64,000 nt of DNA from a virus (Duplodnaviria; Caudoviricetes), in the IMG/VR virus record IMGVR_UViG_3300001525_000506, positions 11,552-75,551 of that record, one strand, 5' to 3'. The translations under genes and the position numbers were made by a program. Every line of letters begins with the position of its first letter. The stretch's first letter is position 1. This document shows, piece after piece, positions 1 to 8,970 of the stretch. A model generated the notes under the pieces. The model ran no database searches. It saw only the letters and a program-made list of their open reading frames with translations, and was not told the DNA's origin.

Positions 1-238
1 ACTGGTTGCCGAAAGAGGGCGGACCAGGGAACGAGATACGGATGAGCGAATCGGGGTTGTTCGTTAGCGGACACGAGATACGAGGGAGACGGGCAGAATC
101 GAACACATGGAAAGTGTAGTTAAGCCCGCGACGAATCAAACACGTATCGGAAGTAGGAACGGCATTGATACCGAAGTATCGGAGCATTGCGAACGGGTCC
201 GAAGTTGAAACTGGTGGTATGCGATAGTTAGTTCTCAT
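1..238 (-). CDS. Hypothetical protein, partial (runs off left edge)
   Basis: ATG at 238, open to window edge (MRTNYRIPPVSTSDPFAMLRYFG...); TTGCGC-18-TATACT promoter 9 nt upstream, no SD. Confidence 0.55.
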   Translation of the reverse strand, partial: MRTNYRIPPVSTSDPFAMLRYFGINAVPTSDTCLIRRGLNYTFHVFDSARLPRISCPLTNNPDSLIRISFPGPPSFGNQ

Positions 239-410
239 AGTGGAGTAAGTATAACACACCACACACACGTAGCGCAAGAGGTCAAGGAACGGAAATTTCG
301 CAAATTTTGCGGAATTTTCTGTCCCGCCCCCGCACCTCAAAATGTTACGCATAAAGCGAACAAAGAACAAGGTCTAAAGCCTCTCTACGTTCGACTTCAA
401 ACCGAGCTCA

Positions 411-908
411 AATGTTTCACAAAAAGTCTATGTTAAGAAAAGCGACAGCAAAAGAAGCAGAAGAACAAAAGAAAGAAAAAGGTACGTAGTACCTACAAAG
501 AAAGAAAACAAGAAGAGTGTGAAACATACATCTTGACAAGTGAAAATATATTTACTACGTAAATATATAAAGAAAAATCGAGGCAACATTTTCCGCGTTC
601 TTTTTGAGTATTAGCCTAAGGTATTCGTATATATTATTTCGTATATATATTAACATATATATACTCATAAATATACTCATACCATTAGGCGTAGGGTTAA
701 TTTTTTTTTGCTTTCCGTACGCAAGGAAGGAAAATCGCAAGAGAAAAAAATGAAAAAAACCTCCTTCGCGCGCGGACCGATTACGAAAATGGACGATACG
801 CCTCATGCTATGAGTATGGGTATAGAGTATATATATGTTAATATATATACGAATATACACATACGATATAGCTGAGGCTAATACTCGAAATCAACTGGGA
901 ACATGTTG
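411..908. repeat. Repeat unit U1 (diverged direct repeat of 63570-64000, containing two inverted arms)
   Basis: aatgtttcacaaaaagtctat...ggtacgtagtacctacaaagaaag shared with 63570+; arms ~606-693 and 797-908, each with core palindrome gtatatatat-N4-atatatatac. Confidence 0.9.
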
Positions 909-1258
909 TTTTTGGGAACATATTTGACACGTCTTAAATTTCCCCCCTTAGGGGGAAATTCGGGACACGAAACGTATTTGAGAGAGAGGGAAGTTCTTCT
1001 TTTTGAGGCGATACTACGTATCGCCGTTTTTCTTCTATTGGGAGTATGAGTTCTTTCGGGATGGAAGGGGCTTTTCTTAAAAAAGAGGCGAAAAAAGGTA
1101 AACTTTTGAACTAATTTGGTCAAAAATCTACCTTTTTTTCTTATTTCTTTCTTTTAAGACCCACGAAGTGGGTCTATTTCTTTCTATTGTTCTTTTGTTT
1201 GGGTTTTTCTTTTACGCTTTTTCTTTTTTCGGGCTCAAAAACTGGCTCGATTTGGAAG

Positions 1259-1873
1259 TTACCTGCCCTCCGCACTCAATCGAGAGGCGATATCGAGGAA
1301 TTGTTCGATAACGTCCTCGTAGCGGTAAACGGGACCTTTTTTACGCTTAACGGATGCAAACGTAGCAGGGTGACGGGAACAGCTCTTCTCGCTCACACCC
1401 AAAATAATCGACCGAGCGGGTTCGGGAGCGGACTCGAGAACGGAGATAGCGAGAGCAGGGTCGGAAACACAAGCGTTCGGCGTCTTTACGGCGAAGGCTT
1501 GGCGAGCGCGAGCGGTGACGAAGTTAGAGAACTTCATAGCGGACGCAGTCTGGGGGTAGAGTTGAACGCAATCGGCGATGAAAGCATAAGCGGTCGCGGT
1601 ATCGATATCGAACTTCCACGAGAGGAAGTAGGAGAGTGGCGCATCTTGTTTGAACACATCGGAGTAGAAGTTCTCGACGACGATACGAGCAAGCGCCTCC
1701 GAATTAAAAGCCGACCCGAGTGTAACGCGACACCCGAAGATATCGGCATAGGCTTTGTACTTATTTCGAGACTTGTCGAAACAAACCCCCGACAGGAAGA
1801 CGTTGCGCTGCCCCGCAACGTTTTTCTTCGAGTTCAAGTCTTGTTCATTTTCGTAATTTTCGTTATTTTTCAC
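1259..1873 (-). CDS. AP2-like DNA-binding domain protein
   Basis: SGVCFDKSRNKYKAY...RVTLGSAFNSEALAR resembles phage AP2 domains; probable GTG start at 1873 (ORF track starts 1930). Confidence 0.55.
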   Translation of the reverse strand: MKNNENYENEQDLNSKKNVAGQRNVFLSGVCFDKSRNKYKAYADIFGCRVTLGSAFNSEALARIVVENFYSDVFKQDAPLSYFLSWKFDIDTATAYAFIADCVQLYPQTASAMKFSNFVTARARQAFAVKTPNACVSDPALAISVLESAPEPARSIILGVSEKSCSRHPATFASVKRKKGPVYRYEDVIEQFLDIASRLSAEGR

Positions 1874-1996
1874 GAGAGTGTACCTCACAAAATCATTTAT
1901 TTTCGCATTAGACAGCCTCAGACCGCCCAAAAACGAGCGTTAGCCCTAAAATCGATAACTTGTTCGACCTCAAAGCCAACGCCTCCTTAAAATCGA

Positions 1997-2578
1997 TTAC
2001 AGAAGGTCAATGCGTTTTCGTATCAAACTTTTGTACTCAATCATATCGAGTCCGTACTTTGTCATGAACAGAGCGCGAGCGGTATCGTTGAGGACTTGAT
2101 GTTGCAAATCAGCGCAGACCTTGGACTCATACGACTCGTCCTCGTATTCGATAGGGAACTTGCAGTGGAGCAGTTCATGTATGAGCGTTTCTTCTTGGAA
2201 CATAATAAAGTGTTCGTTCCGAGGTTGTTTGTAAATTGTTATTACGCTCGTCTTGGAATCGAAGTCGTAATCGTTATGACCGAGTTCCAATCCTTCACTT
2301 TCTTCATCCACAAGAACGTACGTTATCGCCCAGTCAGCGAGACCGAGAACATCAGCCCATTTCTCTCCACACTTACGCATCTCGAGCCCGTTCTGGAATG
2401 ATTCCCTCAACGGTTCTTTTTCTTTAATATTCATTTTCATAAAACCTCCTTGTGCCATATTCGTTCGCATAAAAACGAGAACGCATTTGTTACAAATCCT
2501 CAAAATCTCAGTTTCGTTCAAACTTCGAAAATAGTCTAAACCGCTACTGAATAGAGGAAATGTCAAATGCGTTCGCAA
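1997..2578 (-). CDS. HExxH metallopeptidase-like protein (true start probably internal, ~2458)
   Basis: EETLIHELLHCKF motif. Confidence 0.55.
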   Translation of the reverse strand: MRTHLTFPLFSSGLDYFRSLNETEILRICNKCVLVFMRTNMAQGGFMKMNIKEKEPLRESFQNGLEMRKCGEKWADVLGLADWAITYVLVDEESEGLELGHNDYDFDSKTSVITIYKQPRNEHFIMFQEETLIHELLHCKFPIEYEDESYESKVCADLQHQVLNDTARALFMTKYGLDMIEYKSLIRKRIDLL

Positions 2579-2588
2579 AAGTTTTTCA

Positions 2589-3188
2589 TTAGCCTCTCTT
2601 ATATTTTGTGTGTAGAATTTGATGGACGCGTTGACGGGAGAGTCCGTAAACGGCTCCGATTTGTTTGTAGGTCAGACCGTCCTCGATATACATCTTCCGC
2701 ATTTCTTCGGCGTTCGGGTTGCGATGAGAAGGAGAAATTTCGGAGACGAGTTTTTTGTATTCGTCTTTATCCTTCCTCTCGATTTGGGAGAGGCGATTCT
2801 TGCGACTTTCGCGACGAGCGTCAATTTCTTCTTTGGGCATGTATTCAAGTTCGCCTTTGTGGATGAGACGTCCGTAGCAGTTACGGCACAAGCCTTTTGC
2901 ATAGACCTCTGGGAATCCGCAACAAGAGCAAACAGAGATGCCCGCAGTCTCATAATCGAAAGACGAGAGCGACCCGTATTCGTCGATAAGCGTCTTGCGC
3001 AACGAGTGTGGTGCGGGCGCGCAATTGTGACACGTCAACACACGCATTGATACAAGGTCTTCTTCGGGGACGAGGAAGGAAGGTCCCGACCCACACGAGC
3101 ATATACACTCACACACACCGTCATCGTTTTGAGAGACGACGGTGAGACGACCGAATCTTGTTCCTTTATCTATTTTGTACTTCGGCAT
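2589..3188 (-). CDS. Zn-binding protein with C-terminal sigma-70 region-4-like HTH
   Basis: FGRLTVV..CECICSCG, CSCC..CRNC, GLTYKQIGAVYGLSRQRVHQIL; start MPKYK at 3188. Confidence 0.65.
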   Translation of the reverse strand: MPKYKIDKGTRFGRLTVVSQNDDGVCECICSCGSGPSFLVPEEDLVSMRVLTCHNCAPAPHSLRKTLIDEYGSLSSFDYETAGISVCSCCGFPEVYAKGLCRNCYGRLIHKGELEYMPKEEIDARRESRKNRLSQIERKDKDEYKKLVSEISPSHRNPNAEEMRKMYIEDGLTYKQIGAVYGLSRQRVHQILHTKYKRG

Positions 3189-3408
3189 TTTGTTGTCTCG
3201 CCTCCTTTTTGATTCTGCGGAGATTACGGGCGCAGATTGACCCGTCTTCGCGTTCTTGTTGAGTTGCATTGCAGTGATAATCGTGGACGCGACGAGCGCA
3301 GCCCTCGCAGTAGTACATACCGCCGCTTTGGTCGCAGGACGTTGCAATACTACGATACCACTTTTCTTGGTCGAGTTTGATTTGTTGTCTTCTGAGTGAT
3401 TCTGCCAT
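3166..3408 (-). CDS. Small Cys-rich hypothetical protein
   Basis: Start MAESLRRQ at 3408; YYCEGC..YHCNA..SICA. Confidence 0.55.
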   Translation of the reverse strand: MAESLRRQQIKLDQEKWYRSIATSCDQSGGMYYCEGCARRVHDYHCNATQQEREDGSICARNLRRIKKEARQQNAEVQNR

Positions 3409-3425
3409 AATAATCGTCACCTCCG

Positions 3426-3704
3426 TTATTCTTCGTCGTCGAAATCGATATAAATGATGTTGAAGAAAGCGCCGTTGTAACTGGGCTCGACAAGAATTTT
3501 CCACACACGATTAATATCCTTGATAGAGTTGAGGTTCTTTTCGAGCGAGGCAGCATCGCAGCGAATGACGCGATATTGCGGCGGCTTTCGTTCGATACCG
3601 ATAGTTACAGCGCGGTCTTCATCCGCATCGTCCACAGTTTCTTCAGCGACTTCGTCCACGACCTTTTCTTCTTCGTTTTCTAAAATTTTCTTTTTGTAAG
3701 GCAT
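3426..3704 (-). CDS. Acidic hypothetical protein
   Basis: RBS aaggagatt upstream, packed in operon. Confidence 0.6.
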   Translation of the reverse strand: MPYKKKILENEEEKVVDEVAEETVDDADEDRAVTIGIERKPPQYRVIRCDAASLEKNLNSIKDINRVWKILVEPSYNGAFFNIIYIDFDDEE

Positions 3705-3728
3705 AATTTTATAATCTCCTTCTTGTTT

Positions 3729-3917
3729 TTATTTATTCTTTTCGGCGCAAGTTGCGACGCGTTTTATATATGCGGATAAATCGCGGTTTTCTTCGAGCCT
3801 GCGTTGTTTTATGACTTCGCGTTTGGCTTTGAATTCGGCATAGCCCGAACACGAATCGTGACAGGCTAAATGCCGAATGGTACAATCTTTGCAAGGACAA
3901 GTGCAATCCAGTTTCAT
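3729..3917 (-). CDS. Small Cys-rich protein (paralogue of 15165-15356)
   Basis: CPCKDC...CHDSCSGYAEFKAKRE; downstream of promoter 3941-3970. Confidence 0.65.
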   Translation of the reverse strand: MKLDCTCPCKDCTIRHLACHDSCSGYAEFKAKREVIKQRRLEENRDLSAYIKRVATCAEKNK

Positions 3918-3940
3918 AATTTTTCTCCTTTACAACCGAT

Positions 3941-3977
3941 ATTATATCATAATATGACAGAACTTGTCAAGGGGTTT
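3941..3977 (-). promoter_or_regulatory. sigmaA-type promoter
   Basis: AAACCCC-TTGACA-18-TATAAT. Confidence 0.7.
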
Positions 3978-4320
3978 GAATCTGATTTTTCTCTTTATGC
4001 CAAAACGCCACAGTATCGATATTGGTTACGATAATTGTACCGTAGGTGGTGATATAAGAAGACGGTTGTTTCGGGTCGAGGATGATTTCAACAATGTCAT
4101 TGTCATAGATTTTATAAGATTCGACTTTTGCCCATTGCGACCAATATTTTATCTGGACGTAGATGCTTTCGTATCTTTTGCCCGATACTTCTTCAAGAAC
4201 GATATGAGCCGAAGATATGCCCGTCTTCGAATCCGAGTCAGAATCGCATCCGCTGAAAAGAAAAAGTCCGAGGGCGATTACGAGAACGAGAACAATTGAT
4301 ATGATTGTTTTTTTAGTCAT
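3967..4320 (-). CDS. Putative lipoprotein
   Basis: Basic N-terminus, hydrophobic helix, lipobox LFSG-C. Confidence 0.7.
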   Translation of the reverse strand: MTKKTIISIVLVLVIALGLFLFSGCDSDSDSKTGISSAHIVLEEVSGKRYESIYVQIKYWSQWAKVESYKIYDNDIVEIILDPKQPSSYITTYGTIIVTNIDTVAFWHKEKNQIQTP

Positions 4321-4766
4321 TTTTTAGCCTCCTTTGGAATGAATCTACGGTATTTGTCAAGTCCCGCAATCTTATTAGCCCAACTCTCTGTAAAAAATTC
4401 GTAGTAGGACTTGTTGTGTTTTTTTCTGTACTTATCACCGAATGCAGCCCAACATAGAGACGGGATACCGATGACAAAGAGATAGAGCGGTCCGAGGATA
4501 AGGCTTTGAATTGAGTGTCCGTATTCATGGGCGGCAAGGGTTTCGTCATCGTCTCTGTTCAAGAACATAAACATACCGAGAGACAGCGAGCCGTAAGGTA
4601 TATTCCACTTAACCGCTTTTGCATATTTTTGATGTTCGAGCGGGGGATTTATTATGTGGCAATCGCTATTTTGATTACAACTCCACATAAGATACCAAAC
4701 AAGTCCGAAAATGTTTTGTAGAAAACCCCAAGTCCACTGAATGAGTATATATAAAAACTTTTTCAT
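4317..4766 (-). CDS. Membrane protein with HEYGH zincin motif
   Basis: AAHEYGHSIQSLILGPLYLFVIGIPS; hydrophobic segments. Confidence 0.65.
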   Translation of the reverse strand: MKKFLYILIQWTWGFLQNIFGLVWYLMWSCNQNSDCHIINPPLEHQKYAKAVKWNIPYGSLSLGMFMFLNRDDDETLAAHEYGHSIQSLILGPLYLFVIGIPSLCWAAFGDKYRKKHNKSYYEFFTESWANKIAGLDKYRRFIPKEAKK

Positions 4767-4768
4767 TA

Positions 4769-5194
4769 TCAGACCTCCAACAACTCGGGATTATCAAAAA
4801 TATTTCCGATAATTTCGAGGTCTGCATTCACACCGTCTTCAAAAGTGCGCAGATTGTGTTTTACGCCAAGCGCAACTTGAGTCATTTTGCCTTTGCAAAC
4901 GGACCATTCAACACCGAACACGCAGCAAGTGAATTGGACATCGCCGTTATAGGCACCTTCTAACGTAAGTATATCGCCCTCGAAGATAGGTTTACCGTTC
5001 TTGTCATAAAGACCTGTGAATTCCACAATGGTTTCAGGTTTGACTTCGTAAGCGGTTATGCCGCCAGTAAAGAATCCAACGCCGATGCTTTTTGCGATAA
5101 ACATTTGCCCTTTTCGGTCGCAGCCTTTGACGGCATATCCGACTTCCCATTCGTCGTTATCGATTCGCTTACCTTTACAAATAATATCTCTCAT
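4769..5194 (-). CDS. YopX-family protein
   Basis: MRDIICKGKR...VEFTGLYDKNGKPIFEGDIL...EIIGNIFDNPELLE; ATGA overlap with upstream gene. Confidence 0.85.
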   Translation of the reverse strand: MRDIICKGKRIDNDEWEVGYAVKGCDRKGQMFIAKSIGVGFFTGGITAYEVKPETIVEFTGLYDKNGKPIFEGDILTLEGAYNGDVQFTCCVFGVEWSVCKGKMTQVALGVKHNLRTFEDGVNADLEIIGNIFDNPELLEV

Positions 5195-5685
5195 TTTTTC
5201 GTTTCCTCCGTTTGGGTTCTTATATGATGTTTGCATCCGATACACGTTCTATCCGAATCTGTCTGCACTATACAAGGTTCAAAACAATCCATAAAATCGT
5301 TTGAACAAAGTGCGTGATATAATTCTTCGAGCCCGTTTCGCAATGTTTTATCAATTATAGGGCTGTTTATAATTTGCAAAAGAAATGTTTTTGCCTTGAA
5401 TCTTGTAATTTTTGTTCCTCCTTTGGTCGCTGGCATGGCGTTGGCGGTGTCATAGTCGCCCGTTGCGTTCGTGGTTGTAACGCCGACGCCTTTATCGAAT
5501 TCGTCGTCATCAAGTTTTTTGATAAATCCTGATGCCGTTCTTATTTTTCCTCCAGGCGTTATAAGGTTTCCACCTGATTGCCCACAACAAGGACAAGTCC
5601 AGCTGTACCAAAACTGGTCACAGAAATCGATTTTAACTATTGCGCCACATTTAGGACATTTTGTCGGTTCTAATGGGTAGTACAT
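5191..5685 (-). CDS. Zn-ribbon hypothetical protein
   Basis: KCPKCG..TCPCCG. Confidence 0.55.
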   Translation of the reverse strand: MYYPLEPTKCPKCGAIVKIDFCDQFWYSWTCPCCGQSGGNLITPGGKIRTASGFIKKLDDDEFDKGVGVTTTNATGDYDTANAMPATKGGTKITRFKAKTFLLQIINSPIIDKTLRNGLEELYHALCSNDFMDCFEPCIVQTDSDRTCIGCKHHIRTQTEETKK

Positions 5686-6139
5686 TTCTAAACACTCCTA
5701 TTGATTTTTCTTCTACTTCTACGGGTTTGATATCGTTATCGAAATCGAATTCAGGATAAAAGTGTTCCTTTTCGTCTTTGAATTCAAATTTAACCAGGCA
5801 CACCCCGTCAGGAATCGGACTTGGTTTGCGTTCGGGGACGACCAATTTTTCGTCGTCGGGTTCTATCCAAAAATACTGATATTTTTCATCTGGTCTCTCA
5901 TACGCACAGAGTTGAATAAATAATTGTGCGTTTTGAATCGCATATCCACATACGAGCGCTTTTTCGTTGTTGTACTCGACGACGCCACTTAGATTCGGGA
6001 GAATGGCGATATGTTCTTTTTCGATTTCGCTTTCGAGTTCAACCAAACGCGCAATCAAATCGTCTTTTGTGTATCCGCGTCTGATACCGACACTGCCGTC
6101 GGACGCGACTACGGTTAAGGGCTCGTAGTTGTCATTCAT
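5651..6139 (-). CDS. Hypothetical protein
   Basis: RBS aaggagaaaaaac ATG; operon packing. Confidence 0.6.
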   Translation of the reverse strand: MNDNYEPLTVVASDGSVGIRRGYTKDDLIARLVELESEIEKEHIAILPNLSGVVEYNNEKALVCGYAIQNAQLFIQLCAYERPDEKYQYFWIEPDDEKLVVPERKPSPIPDGVCLVKFEFKDEKEHFYPEFDFDNDIKPVEVEEKSIGVFRNVLPIRTDKMS

Positions 6140-6151
6140 TGTTTTTTCTCC

Positions 6152-6340
6152 TTAATTTTTACAAAATTCTAATATGGTTAATACAAGGCACGTGACCGTT
6201 ATCAGCCCCGTACTAAGAGCCATTCTCAAAGATAGAACGTAGATTACTTCTGGAAATTTTTTCTTTTTTGTAACGATAGCTGTTCCGATGAAATACGCGA
6301 AGAAACAGGCGCATAAAATTGTCAAAATTATTGGCAACAT
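6152..6340 (-). CDS. Small 2-TM membrane protein
   Basis: Two hydrophobic helices; RBS gcaggaga. Confidence 0.55.
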   Translation of the reverse strand: MLPIILTILCACFFAYFIGTAIVTKKKKFPEVIYVLSLRMALSTGLITVTCLVLTILEFCKN

Positions 6341-6398
6341 AACTTATATCTCCTGCTGCGATTCTTTGCGATATGAACAGTATCGTGTGTATTTGTAG

Positions 6399-6680
6399 TT
6401 AGTTTTCCACACATACAACATTTTGCTTTCTGCATTTCGTTTTACTCCTTTTTCTTTCCACGTTTATCAACTGGAACGAGAGAATCCCAACATTATTAAG
6501 TTTCGACTCTTTTTCTATAAAGTCCCTTATACCATTGATTGTGTTTGCGGAATCGATTTTACGATTTATACTGATAATTGTAGTACCAATTCCGTCCGCA
6601 AAAATATATGCAATCAAATAATTATATGTTTTCATTGTTTCCTTCTTCTCCTTCACATTCGACTTCTCAGATGTTTTCAT
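6399..6680 (-). CDS. Hypothetical protein
   Basis: Operon packing. Confidence 0.5.
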   Translation of the reverse strand: MKTSEKSNVKEKKETMKTYNYLIAYIFADGIGTTIISINRKIDSANTINGIRDFIEKESKLNNVGILSFQLINVERKRSKTKCRKQNVVCVEN

Positions 6681-7293
6681 TTCTGTTCAAAGCCTTTTCG
6701 GCGTCCTCATACGTTTCATATAAGAATTGCTCTTGTGCTCTATACTTCTTTCCATAAAGCAAATATGATACGGATTTTTTATTAACAAAAACTTTTCTTA
6801 TCTTATATTCCTTCACGCACTTTTCGAATTTCATAGAACGGACGTTGTATTCGGGCTCTATTACAAAAACAGACTCACCCTGTTTGAATTTTGGTTGCGG
6901 ATAGTTGTCGGTTCCATTATTTTTGTTATAAAACATTTTCATATTGCCTCTTGTGTCTATTTCTATCAAAGGCGCATTCTCGCAACAGAAAGTTGCAGCG
7001 TGAACGGCAGCACCGCATAACGCACTTAGAGTAGTTTCAAGGTCGTCTATAATGAGTCCTTCTTTTTTAATTTCTTCTTTCGTTTCGGGATACACTTTTA
7101 GTTGTTCCCAAACTTTTACCGAAAGCGGCATGGGTATATCATATCCCAAGTTCTGTGCTTGCCAGCATATACATCTTGCCGCTCCCTCGTTGAATGTAAG
7201 GATTCGGCGCCCCGTTTCTGCCGATTCTTGTATGAGTCTTGTTGTCTTTCCTGAGGCGCGACCGCCAACAATTATTTTCATTCTTCGTTCCAT
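6667..7293 (-). CDS. Protein with short N-terminal P-loop domain fused to a second domain
   Basis: IIVGGRASGKTT Walker A. Confidence 0.55.
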   Translation of the reverse strand: MERRMKIIVGGRASGKTTRLIQESAETGRRILTFNEGAARCICWQAQNLGYDIPMPLSVKVWEQLKVYPETKEEIKKEGLIIDDLETTLSALCGAAVHAATFCCENAPLIEIDTRGNMKMFYNKNNGTDNYPQPKFKQGESVFVIEPEYNVRSMKFEKCVKEYKIRKVFVNKKSVSYLLYGKKYRAQEQFLYETYEDAEKALNRNENI

Positions 7294-7940
7294 CTCCTTT
7301 CAGCTTCTTCCTCATCTTGCTTTTTCCACATTTCGAATACACGTTTCCAGCACTCGACGGCGTCATCGCATTCGCATTCGCCCTCGACACCGCCGCAGTA
7401 GTCGAACATTTCTTCGTCGAGCGGTGAATAGTTACAAGGCGAATCAAAACTGTCTGCAAGATGTTTTGCAACCATTCTCGTAAATTTTTCGATTTCTTTA
7501 TCGAGTTGACGCTCGAATTCGGTCTGCGGCGACTTCAAAATTGCGAACGGGATTTTATCGGGGAGAAAATATTTCGTCGGATGGATTTCGAGACCGCATA
7601 TCGTCGGCGGGATATCAAGTACCTTAGTACGCCCTCCGCCCTGGTCGATAGAGATAGGGATAGAAGGGGTTTTGCAAACATTTTCGTTTACGATAATCGT
7701 GTTTGCGAATACTTTCTCACGCAATGCAACGTCTTGTGCTTTTTTGATTTTTTGGACAATGTCTTCGAGCGTTTTCGTTTCAAAAGCGTCGTCTTTTGCC
7801 TTCTCGATGTCTTTTTCGGAAATGAATATACGATAATGTTCGTCTTTTGTCGCATTATATAAATCGACTTGATACATATTTATATTGCCGATAAATTCGA
7901 TTGCGTCTATTTCAATTCTGTCACTCATTATGTTCCTCAT
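7278..7940 (-). CDS. Hypothetical protein
   Basis: Operon packing; C-terminal Cys cluster. Confidence 0.55.
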   Translation of the reverse strand: MRNIMSDRIEIDAIEFIGNINMYQVDLYNATKDEHYRIFISEKDIEKAKDDAFETKTLEDIVQKIKKAQDVALREKVFANTIIVNENVCKTPSIPISIDQGGGRTKVLDIPPTICGLEIHPTKYFLPDKIPFAILKSPQTEFERQLDKEIEKFTRMVAKHLADSFDSPCNYSPLDEEMFDYCGGVEGECECDDAVECWKRVFEMWKKQDEEEAERRWNEE

Positions 7941-8223
7941 TTTTCTTCTCGATTTCGAAATAAATCGTTTTCGGGTCGTACCCGCGTTTTTCCAATTCCT
8001 CGATAAAAGTTGGATAGTCTATCCATTCTTTCTTCTCCTTATCCCATTCACGATTTCTTATGGGACGGTTTAAGAATAAGTCAAATAAGAGAAATAAATC
8101 CCATCTTCCTTTGCTATTTTCGGGTACAATTCCAAAGAAATCGTTTCCGAGGTCGGGATTGTTCTCGATATAAGCAAATTTCATTTTATTGCTTGGCTTA
8201 AACCCTCTTTTTCTTGGTTTCAT
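7921..8223 (-). CDS. Hypothetical protein
   Basis: Overlapping start/stop with neighbours. Confidence 0.55.
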   Translation of the reverse strand: MKPRKRGFKPSNKMKFAYIENNPDLGNDFFGIVPENSKGRWDLFLLFDLFLNRPIRNREWDKEKKEWIDYPTFIEELEKRGYDPKTIYFEIEKKNEEHNE

Positions 8224-8621
8224 TGCGCCCTTTCCTCCAACTGGTCAACAATATATTTACACTGGTCTTCGACGTATTCGAGCCCCCATACAACGCCGTT
8301 TTGCAAATAGGAAAAATCGTTTTCTCTTTGGTCTCTTGTTTCGGCATCAATTAGACCGTATTCATAAGCCGTATCAAAGTCGCGGTCGTCGCCACAATGT
8401 CCGCAATCGAAACCAATGTAATATTTTGCCTTTTGTCCATAATCGTAAGGTAATGTGCCTGAAAAAGACAAACCGCCGTGACAATCGATATCGTAATCAA
8501 TATAATCTTTATCCGTAGGCACCGACACATAGCCGTTTCGGAAACCCATGTGAGTGAATACAATAATACAATCGTGACCTTTGTACTCGAATTGCTTTTC
8601 TACTATACCGAATTTATTCAT
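8220..8621 (-). CDS. Conserved phage hypothetical protein
   Basis: FRNGYVSV...CHGGLSFS...YIGFDCGH motif typical of a phage family. Confidence 0.65.
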   Translation of the reverse strand: MNKFGIVEKQFEYKGHDCIIVFTHMGFRNGYVSVPTDKDYIDYDIDCHGGLSFSGTLPYDYGQKAKYYIGFDCGHCGDDRDFDTAYEYGLIDAETRDQRENDFSYLQNGVVWGLEYVEDQCKYIVDQLEERAQ

Positions 8622-8970
8622 TGTCTTCTACCTCCTCCAAGTTTGGTTCTTGCAAAAATTCAAAGAATTGTGCCTGTATCTCATACGGTGCTATGTTTCC
8701 CCATTTTTCAGCATAAGACATCAATCGCGATGCAAAATTAACTAATGTTTCAGTTCGATATTGCTTAAGTTTCGCAATCTCGGTTTTATACTCGGAAACA
8801 TCGCCGTAACCTGCCTTAATGAGTAACTCTGCACAATCTTCGGCGGTATTAAAATTTTCCACATAATAAAGTGTCCCATCGGACATAACGCCTGTTTGTT
8901 TGACATTTTTACCAGCAGCGATTTTGATAATCTCTGCCATTCTTTTAATTTGTTCTTGTTCAGTCTGCAT
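8614..8970 (-). CDS. Hypothetical protein (GYGDVSEYK family)
   Basis: AELLIKAGYGDVSEYKTEI shared with 15985 and 27747 genes. Confidence 0.6.
   Translation of the reverse strand: MQTEQEQIKRMAEIIKIAAGKNVKQTGVMSDGTLYYVENFNTAEDCAELLIKAGYGDVSEYKTEIAKLKQYRTETLVNFASRLMSYAEKWGNIAPYEIQAQFFEFLQEPNLEEVEDNE

Noticed and set aside
555-860. 101-aa ORF MYIRIYINIY...
   Set aside because: Translation of AT-alternating palindromic repeat arms; no RBS and low-complexity sequence.
1187-1990. 267-aa plus-strand ORF
   Set aside because: Shadow of the minus-strand AP2-like gene; TTG start in a T-rich tract and no motif.
6667-7293. Second terminase or helicase
   Set aside because: Only ~110 aa follow the Walker A before an unrelated domain; too short for either enzyme.
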